Shown one piece after another: positions 23,819 to 29,263 of a stretch of 29,263 nt of DNA. The notes beneath the pieces were generated by a model. That model was given only the letters and a program-made list of their open reading frames with translations, was not told where the DNA came from and searched no databases. The stretch's first letter is position 1; the number at the start of each line of letters is the position of its first letter. The position numbers were made by a program, and so were the translations under genes. Source of the stretch: a virus (lineage: Duplodnaviria; Caudoviricetes); IMG/VR virus record IMGVR_UViG_3300027672_001220, positions 1 to 29,263 of that record, one strand, 5' to 3'.

Positions 23819-24178
23819 ATGACTAACACATTTAAAGATATCGACACATTTGCTACAGCATGTGATCAGCCAGCGAGTCCTGAAAACTACAAAATGTATC
23901 TTGGACTTATTGATGAAGAGTACGGCGAACTAGTAGATGCAGTCGATGCAGACGACAAAGTGGAGCAACTTGATGCACTAGTTGACATCTTAGTTGTTAC
24001 TATGGGTGCTATTCGTGCCGCAGGCTGGGACGGAGAAGCAGCTTGGAAGGAAGTAATGGATACTAACTTTGCAAAGATTGATCCAACAACTGGAAAAGTA
24101 ATCAAACGCGAAGATGGTAAAGTACTAAAGCCTGAAGGCTGGACTGCTCCAGAACTATCGCAGTTTATAGGAGAGTAA
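23819..24178 (+). CDS. All-alpha NTP pyrophosphohydrolase (MazG-like, PRA-PH/DR2231-type), 119 aa
   Basis: LI.EE..EL..A......EQLDALVD...V..G and V..TN.AK.......REDGKVLKP.GW..P motifs. Confidence 0.85.
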   Translation: MTNTFKDIDTFATACDQPASPENYKMYLGLIDEEYGELVDAVDADDKVEQLDALVDILVVTMGAIRAAGWDGEAAWKEVMDTNFAKIDPTTGKVIKREDGKVLKPEGWTAPELSQFIGE

Positions 24179-24179
24179 T

Positions 24180-24932
24180 ATGCTATATGTATTTGGTGAT
24201 AGCTATTGCCACGATATAAAAGATATGGAACTATCTAATAAAGATAGAAGAGGTGAAGGCTTGTATCCTGAGTTTTTTCCTTTGGAAGACAATTGGGTTA
24301 ATATTGTATCTAAAAAATTAATAGGCAGTGTAAACTGCGTTAATGAATCTACAGCAGGTGCAAGTAATGAGTATATTTGGCATAAATTGCAAAGCTATGC
24401 TTCCGACTTTGTCCCTGGAGATCATATTATAGTGCAGCTTACTTCGCAACAAAGAAGGTGGCTAATAGAAGAACATCCACAATACTCAAACTGGATTACG
24501 ATGCCTTTAGACGATTCAAAGTTATCTTCTGCCCAACAAAATGCTGTTGCGGCATACGGTAAACATCTTAATCATGAACAAGCCGACCACGCCATTTATA
24601 TGGCATGTCTTTATGCAACAACTTACATAGGTAAAATGCTTGGTGAGAATGGCGGCGATGAAAACGAAGGTATTAAAGTTTTAATACTGCCGGGGTTCCA
24701 TAATATTGCTGGAGTTGAAGGTACCCTTAGCAATGTATGCTATGGAGAATTTGATGGACAAGAATCGCAAGATCAATTTTACAAAACCACACATGATAAT
24801 AGATGGAATCACATGACAGAAATCAATCATACTATTCTAGCTGATAAAGTACTTGACTTCTTTGAAGACTTCACAATGGTTGATCTAACTACTGACTTTG
24901 AAAAAGCTATCTATACCAAAGATAATATATAA
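24180..24932 (+). CDS. SGNH/GDSL hydrolase-like protein, 250 aa
   Basis: N-terminal LYVFGDSY, G.SN block and C-terminal NH....NH..LA. Confidence 0.6.
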   Translation: MLYVFGDSYCHDIKDMELSNKDRRGEGLYPEFFPLEDNWVNIVSKKLIGSVNCVNESTAGASNEYIWHKLQSYASDFVPGDHIIVQLTSQQRRWLIEEHPQYSNWITMPLDDSKLSSAQQNAVAAYGKHLNHEQADHAIYMACLYATTYIGKMLGENGGDENEGIKVLILPGFHNIAGVEGTLSNVCYGEFDGQESQDQFYKTTHDNRWNHMTEINHTILADKVLDFFEDFTMVDLTTDFEKAIYTKDNI

Positions 24933-24938
24933 TACTGC

Positions 24939-24967
24939 TTGACTTCTTAGTTTTTATATGTTATAAT
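24939..24967 (+). promoter_or_regulatory. Sigma70-type promoter TTGACT-17 bp-TATAAT with extended -10 TG
   Basis: TTGACT at 24939-24944, TG at 24959-24960 and TATAAT at 24962-24967. Intergenic, followed by an AAGGAG SD at 24981. Confidence 0.8.
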
Positions 24968-24991
24968 ATATATAATTAATAAGGAGTTTTC

Positions 24992-25159
24992 ATGAAGTTA
25001 CCTACACAAAACACAAGCTTAGGAACTACCGGATTAACTGGTATTGTTCTAATGACATTACACATTACAGGATATCTAACAGGTTGGGCATGGCCACTAC
25101 TGTATGTTATGTTAATCTTATCTGGTATTGGCCAGGAAAATCGTAAGGATAAAAAATAA
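24992..25159 (+). CDS. Small membrane protein, 55 aa (MKLPTQNTSLGTTGLTGIVLMTLHITGYLTGWAWPLLYVMLILSGIGQENRKDKK)
   Basis: Read by hand. AAGGAG SD, two hydrophobic segments, a basic C-terminal tail and a TAATG overlap with the next gene. Confidence 0.75.
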   Translation: MKLPTQNTSLGTTGLTGIVLMTLHITGYLTGWAWPLLYVMLILSGIGQENRKDKK

Positions 25160-25698
25160 TGGCAACTCATGGTATGATTGACTTAGAAACGCTAGACACA
25201 CTTCCTAGTTGTACCGTACTAAGTTTAGGTGCAGTTAAATTTGATCCGTTAAATGACAGCGAACCGCATAGTGAACTGTATCTTAAAATTGACATTGACG
25301 AACAAGATCGGTTGGGTCGTACAGCAAGTGACAGCACCATTGAATGGTGGGGCAAACAAGATCCTAAAGCAATGGAAGAAGCATTTGATCAAACTGGCGC
25401 GGTAAGTGTTCAAGAAGCACTACGTCAAGTTAGCAAGTGGAGTGTAGGTGTTGATACTATTTGGGGACAAGGCTACGGCTTTGACTTAACTATTATGGAA
25501 GATATGTATCGCATGCTAGGTGTTCCTATTCCGTGGCAGTTTTGGCAAATCAAAGATGCACGTACATTGTTTGGATGCTGTAAGATTGATCCTCGTAAAG
25601 TATTAAAGCAAACTGACTTACACAATGCACTGGCAGATGCTTACTTCCAAGCAAAAGGTGTGCAACTAGCATATAAAGAGCTAGGAGTGTTGCGTTGA
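25159..25698 (+). CDS. 3'-5' exonuclease, DEDDh superfamily (Rv2179c/RNase AS-like), 179 aa
   Basis: MIDLETL, LSLGAV.F, T..WW..Q, W..G..FD and HNALADA..QA motifs. Confidence 0.85.
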   Translation: MATHGMIDLETLDTLPSCTVLSLGAVKFDPLNDSEPHSELYLKIDIDEQDRLGRTASDSTIEWWGKQDPKAMEEAFDQTGAVSVQEALRQVSKWSVGVDTIWGQGYGFDLTIMEDMYRMLGVPIPWQFWQIKDARTLFGCCKIDPRKVLKQTDLHNALADAYFQAKGVQLAYKELGVLR

Positions 25699-26339
25699 CT
25701 GAAAAAGTTAAATTTAATGGAATGACAGCATTGTTTGCTAGTCCTGTGTTTGTGTCTGAAATAACAGATACTAGAATTTTAGATAATGTAGTGGAAGACA
25801 TCTTAAAGTTAACCGATGGCATATCGACATCAGCTAGTTCTTGGGCTACTAGAGATGACCTGCAGACTCTTCCAGAATTTGAAGAACTAACAAATATATT
25901 ATTAGGCGAAGCAGAACGAGCACTAGACATTCTAACGATTAACCGCGACTCACATTACATTTCTTGTATGTGGGCAAATATTGCTACAGTTGGGCGTGTA
26001 CACATGGAACATATACATGCAAATTCAATGTACTCTGGTGTATTATATTTGCAATCTCCCAAAGGGAGTCAACCTACTATATTTGCAGACCCGCGCCCCG
26101 GCGCCCAAATGCTTCAACCCGATTACAAAAACCCAAACCCAGCTATACTCGGAGCAAGGTGGGGTACTACAGGCAAGCGCGGCGAAATGATTATTTTTCC
26201 TAGTTGGTTACCGCATAGTGTGCAGCCTGTTCCTCCAGGCGTAGCAACAGATGACAACAAAGAACGTATTACTTTAAGTTTCAATGTAATGATTAAAGCT
26301 AATATTGACGACTATACTAAAAAGGTAAGTTTTAAATGA
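25695..26339 (+). CDS. 2OG-Fe(II) oxygenase (phage TIGR02466-like), up to 214 aa
   Basis: WAN, H.H.NS..SGV.YL, DPRP, IIFPSWL.HSV and R.TLSFN motifs. The start is either TTG 25695 (overlap) or ATG 25722. Confidence 0.85.
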   Translation: MTEKVKFNGMTALFASPVFVSEITDTRILDNVVEDILKLTDGISTSASSWATRDDLQTLPEFEELTNILLGEAERALDILTINRDSHYISCMWANIATVGRVHMEHIHANSMYSGVLYLQSPKGSQPTIFADPRPGAQMLQPDYKNPNPAILGARWGTTGKRGEMIIFPSWLPHSVQPVPPGVATDDNKERITLSFNVMIKANIDDYTKKVSFK

Positions 26340-26617
26340 TGAAAGATAGTCCATTAAACAAATTACAGCAACTAATGATTATTACTGCTGAAGAGTGTGG
26401 AGAGCTTACACAACGATGTTCAAAGATTGTTCGTAAGTATTCTACTGTAGATCAAATTCAAGAAGACCAACGTGTTAAACTGTTAGAAGAAGCAGGCGAT
26501 GTACTTTGCATGATTGAACTAATAGTAGAAAATGGCATCTTGACAAACGAAGAGCTAGGCGTTAGAGTAAATGTAAAACGCGATAAACTAAAGAAATGGA
26601 GTGATTTAATAACGTGA
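26336..26617 (+). CDS. MazG-like nucleotide pyrophosphohydrolase, 93 aa
   Basis: EECGEL....SK..R.........L.EE.GDVL acidic metal-binding pattern. Confidence 0.75.
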   Translation: MMKDSPLNKLQQLMIITAEECGELTQRCSKIVRKYSTVDQIQEDQRVKLLEEAGDVLCMIELIVENGILTNEELGVRVNVKRDKLKKWSDLIT

Positions 26618-26946
26618 AATATGTAATTGATATAGACGGTACGATCTGCAATGAAGTATTTAATGCAGACGGCTCAAAGAACTATGCTATACACGAGCCT
26701 ATGATGGACCGTATTGCAAAAGTAAATGCATTGTATGATGCAGGACACACAATAAAATATATGACAGCTAGAGGCGCAGTAAGTGGAATAGACCATTTTA
26801 AACTAACAAATAATCAGCTAGTAGAATGGGGCGCAAAGCATCACGAACTAAGTGTAGGGGAGAAAGAGCATTATGACATCTGGATTGACGATAAAGCATT
26901 CTGGAGTGAAAACTTCTTCCGGGCAACCGGCGAAACATACGAATAA
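26614..26946 (+). CDS. HAD-superfamily phosphatase (capless), 110 aa
   Basis: Motif I DIDGTI, motif II TAR, a Lys, and motif IV IDDK; GTG start overlaps the upstream stop. Confidence 0.82.
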   Translation: MKYVIDIDGTICNEVFNADGSKNYAIHEPMMDRIAKVNALYDAGHTIKYMTARGAVSGIDHFKLTNNQLVEWGAKHHELSVGEKEHYDIWIDDKAFWSENFFRATGETYE

Positions 26947-27058
26947 AAAACGTAGTCTATTAGAGTTAGATGATGTAGTAGACGAAATACTTGCTCGGGC
27001 TCCGCCAGAGTGGTTTAGCGAAATTGATAACATAATCGAGGAGAGGAAAAATGGGTAA
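26873..27058 (+). CDS. Possible small acidic protein (start uncertain)
   Basis: The frame fills the 26947-27050 gap and overlaps the fda start. There is no ATG after 26873, but an in-frame ACG sits at 26939. Confidence 0.35.
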   Translation: MTSGLTIKHSGVKTSSGQPAKHTNKKRSLLELDDVVDEILARAPPEWFSEIDNIIEERKNG

Positions 27059-27845
27059 ATTTATTGCAGCGATGGATCACAGTGGTGGTAGCACAGGCGG
27101 CGTACTAGAGCGTTACGGACAAGAGTACACAGAAGAAAATAAGATGGATCTTGTACACGAAATGCGGTTGCGTATGATTAACTCGCCGTTGTTTGATGGT
27201 ACAAACATCTGGGCTGCAATTGTGTATAAAGACAGTGTTGATAAAAATATTGTAGACAATCTCTTTTATAAAGGCATCGAAACATATCTTAAAGTAGATA
27301 GCGGCTGCAGAACTGACGGCACTCTTAAAGACTTTGACATTCAAGGTATGATCGAGTACGCAAAAGCAAGCGGCTGCACTGGTACTAAGATGCGCAGTAT
27401 TGTAAAAAGCGATGAAACTATTGACGCTGTACTTACACAACAATTTGCACTTGCAACACAGATTTCCGCTGCTGGACTTATGCCAATTGTTGAGCCTGAG
27501 GTTCCCATTGACAACTTATACAAAGTAGAGATCGAAGGGTTACTTGAGGCTGCATTACGTCAGCACTTAAAAGACTTTAAAGGTAAGTGTATACTGAAAC
27601 TAACATTGCCCGAAATAAACAACTTGTACTTTGATGTGTCAAATCTACCCAACGTACATAAAATTGTAGGACTATCAGGCGGATACGATACAAAAGAAGC
27701 ATGTAATAGACTTGGCTTACAAGATAACATGACTGCTAGTTTTAGTAGGGCATTAAGTGAAGGGTTACTTCACAGCTTGACAGATGATGATTTTAATGCT
27801 ATAATAAGCAATAACATTAAGTTAATAACAGAGGCAAGCTTATGA
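27051..27845 (+). CDS. fda: Class I fructose-bisphosphate aldolase (bacterial Fda type), 264 aa
   Basis: FIAAMDHSGGST, LKVD.G, GTKMRS, GLMPIVEPEV, Schiff-base LKLTLP, LSGGY and ASFSRAL.EGL motifs; GAGG SD. Confidence 0.92.
   Translation: MGKFIAAMDHSGGSTGGVLERYGQEYTEENKMDLVHEMRLRMINSPLFDGTNIWAAIVYKDSVDKNIVDNLFYKGIETYLKVDSGCRTDGTLKDFDIQGMIEYAKASGCTGTKMRSIVKSDETIDAVLTQQFALATQISAAGLMPIVEPEVPIDNLYKVEIEGLLEAALRQHLKDFKGKCILKLTLPEINNLYFDVSNLPNVHKIVGLSGGYDTKEACNRLGLQDNMTASFSRALSEGLLHSLTDDDFNAIISNNIKLITEASL
27777..27805 (+). promoter_or_regulatory. Perfect sigma70 consensus promoter TTGACA-17 bp-TATAAT with extended -10, inside the 3' end of fda
   Basis: TTGACA at 27777-27782, TG at 27797-27798 and TATAAT at 27800-27805, 36 nt upstream of the clamp-loader ATG. 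Confidence 0.75.
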
Positions 27846-28756
27846 AAGAATTATGGGTAGAAAAATATCGACCTAAAACAGTAGATGGCTACGTGTTTAA
27901 GGATGATGCACAACGTAATCAAGTAAACACTTGGATTAAAGATAAGAGTATTCCACACTTGTTGTTTAGTGGTAATGCTGGTATTGGTAAAACAACACTT
28001 GCTAAACTGTTGTTTAATGAACTTGATCTTAATCCGCTAGATATTTTAGAAATCAATGCAAGTCGCACTAACAGTGTAGATGATGTTCGTGCAAAGATTG
28101 TAAACTTTGTGCAAATGATACCCTTTGGAGATTTTAAAGTTGTATTACTTGATGAGGCCGATTATCTTAGTCCAAATGCTCAAGCAGCGTTACGTGGAGT
28201 TATGGAAGAATATCACTCCACTGCAAGGTTTATTCTTACTTGTAATTACCCCAACCGTATTATCCCTGCTATTCATAGTCGTTGTCAAGGGTTTCACATT
28301 GCTAAAGTAGATCAGAATGAGTTTACAGCACGTATTGCAACTATCCTTATTACAGAGGGTATTACACCCGACTTAGACACACTTGACACGTATGTTAAGG
28401 CAACATATCCAGACTTACGTAAGTGCATTAATACTGTACAAATGAATAGTACAGACGGCAGCTTATTACGCCCTAATGAAGGTGACACAGGCGAAGCTGA
28501 CTGGAAACTTGAAATGGTTGAGTTGTTTAAAGCAGGTAAAATTCAAGAAGCACGTAAGCTATTATGCGGTGCAGTACGTCCAGAAGAAATGGAAGACATT
28601 TATCGCTGGCTTTATGACAACATCGAATTATTCGGAGATGCTACTCAACAAGACACTGCGGTGCTAACTATTAAACAAGGGTTAGTAGATCATACATTAG
28701 TTGTAGATCCAGAGATTAACTTGGCAGCAACATTAATTAGACTTGCAAGGATTTAA
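27842..28756 (+). CDS. Sliding-clamp loader AAA+ subunit (T4 gp44 / RFC small subunit-like), 304 aa
   Basis: LWVEKYRP, Walker A GNAGIGKTT, EINAS, Walker B LLDEAD, SRC arginine finger and DLRK motifs. Confidence 0.93.
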   Translation: MKELWVEKYRPKTVDGYVFKDDAQRNQVNTWIKDKSIPHLLFSGNAGIGKTTLAKLLFNELDLNPLDILEINASRTNSVDDVRAKIVNFVQMIPFGDFKVVLLDEADYLSPNAQAALRGVMEEYHSTARFILTCNYPNRIIPAIHSRCQGFHIAKVDQNEFTARIATILITEGITPDLDTLDTYVKATYPDLRKCINTVQMNSTDGSLLRPNEGDTGEADWKLEMVELFKAGKIQEARKLLCGAVRPEEMEDIYRWLYDNIELFGDATQQDTAVLTIKQGLVDHTLVVDPEINLAATLIRLARI

Positions 28757-29113
28757 ATGACATACTTAGTGGTAGACAACTGCATTAAATGTAAGCATAT
28801 GGACTGTGTAGAAGTTTGTCCAGTAGATTGTTTCTACGAAGGTGAAAACATGCTGGTAATTAATCCAGATGAATGTATCGACTGCGGTGTGTGTGAAGCA
28901 GAATGTCCGGTAGGCGCAATCATTCCAGACAATGCATTTGATACAGACGAAGAAGCACAGAAATGGAATGACATGAATTTAAAGTACAGCTTACTCTGGC
29001 CTAACATTACATCGTATCGACCTGAGGATGTTCCTGAGGATGCAAAAGAATGGGACGGCATAGAAAATAAGTTTGAGACACAATTTAGCGAAGCTCCGGG
29101 GAAGGGTGACTAA
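28757..29113 (+). CDS. fdxA: 7Fe ferredoxin ([3Fe-4S][4Fe-4S], FdI/FdxA type), 118 aa
   Basis: [25 protein letters not shown]...[19 protein letters not shown] and a C-terminal WP.IT...FS..PG.GD. Confidence 0.93.
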   Translation: MTYLVVDNCIKCKHMDCVEVCPVDCFYEGENMLVINPDECIDCGVCEAECPVGAIIPDNAFDTDEEAQKWNDMNLKYSLLWPNITSYRPEDVPEDAKEWDGIENKFETQFSEAPGKGD

Positions 29114-29263
29114 TGATTAAAGCAATATTAGCATGTGACGATTATGGTGGCGTAAGTAAAAAAGGTACATTGCCTTGGCCGCACAATAGCACAGACTTAA
29201 AATGGTTCAAAGAGAACACAGCAGGACATGTTATTGTAATGGGATCTACCACTTGGGAAGATC
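29113..29263 (+). CDS. folA: Dihydrofolate reductase, N-terminal part (3'-truncated by window)
   Basis: Read by hand: [50 protein letters not shown], containing LPW..DL.WF...T....MG..T. TAATG overlap with fdxA. Confidence 0.9.
   Translation, partial: MIKAILACDDYGGVSKKGTLPWPHNSTDLKWFKENTAGHVIVMGSTTWED

Noticed and set aside
24976-25170. Minus-strand 64-aa ORF
   Set aside because: The + strand 55-aa ORF at 24992-25159 has a promoter, an SD and translational coupling, and explains the region better.
26540-26568. TTGACA-17-TAGAGT possible internal promoter
   Set aside because: The -10 element is weak and lies inside a coding region of AT-rich DNA, so it could be chance.
27051-29263. Host chromosomal fragment (fda, fdxA, folA)
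   Set aside because: These genes overlap or abut a phage-type clamp loader and share the compact style and composition of the rest of the window.
1-29263. tRNA, rRNA, structured ncRNA, intrinsic terminators, integrase or transposase
   Set aside because: Intergenic gaps are nearly all under ~60 nt, and I saw no cloverleaf, convincing GC hairpin plus U-tract, or recombinase motif. Weak elements could be missed by eye.

Overview
A gene-dense, AT-rich segment of a large tailed dsDNA phage genome (jumbo/T4-like myovirus character), coded almost entirely on the + strand in the standard genetic code. Positions ~1-1130 hold accessory genes: the 3' end of a copper-monooxygenase-like gene, a small membrane ORF, a minus-strand Zn-finger ORF and an IscA/HesB Fe-S carrier. 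Positions ~1148-22417 form a late structural module of tail, baseplate and fibre proteins. It includes a 2923-aa fibre with a C-terminal ADLAE chaperone domain and a 1352-aa subtilase/Ig-repeat/zincin-like/cupredoxin protein; several of these genes are preceded by a T4-late-like (C)GATAAATA box. Positions ~22427-29263 form a replication, nucleotide and metabolism module: a stand-alone DnaE fragment, GroES, two MazG-like NTP pyrophosphatases, an SGNH-like protein, a DEDDh exonuclease, a 2OG-Fe(II) oxygenase, a HAD phosphatase, a class I fructose-bisphosphate aldolase, an RFC/gp44-like clamp loader, a 7Fe ferredoxin and a partial DHFR, with near-consensus sigma70 promoters. The most striking observations are (1) four modules in the giant fibre that resemble the bilin-binding B/E-helix region of phycobiliproteins (N..I...P..Y...C-x-R-D...V-T-Y..GG), (2) a zincin-like domain inserted inside one of the Ig-like repeats of a virion subtilase that ends in a blue-copper site, and (3) a split, apparently leaderless C-family DNA polymerase. 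All family calls come from motif recognition by eye; no database searches were run.
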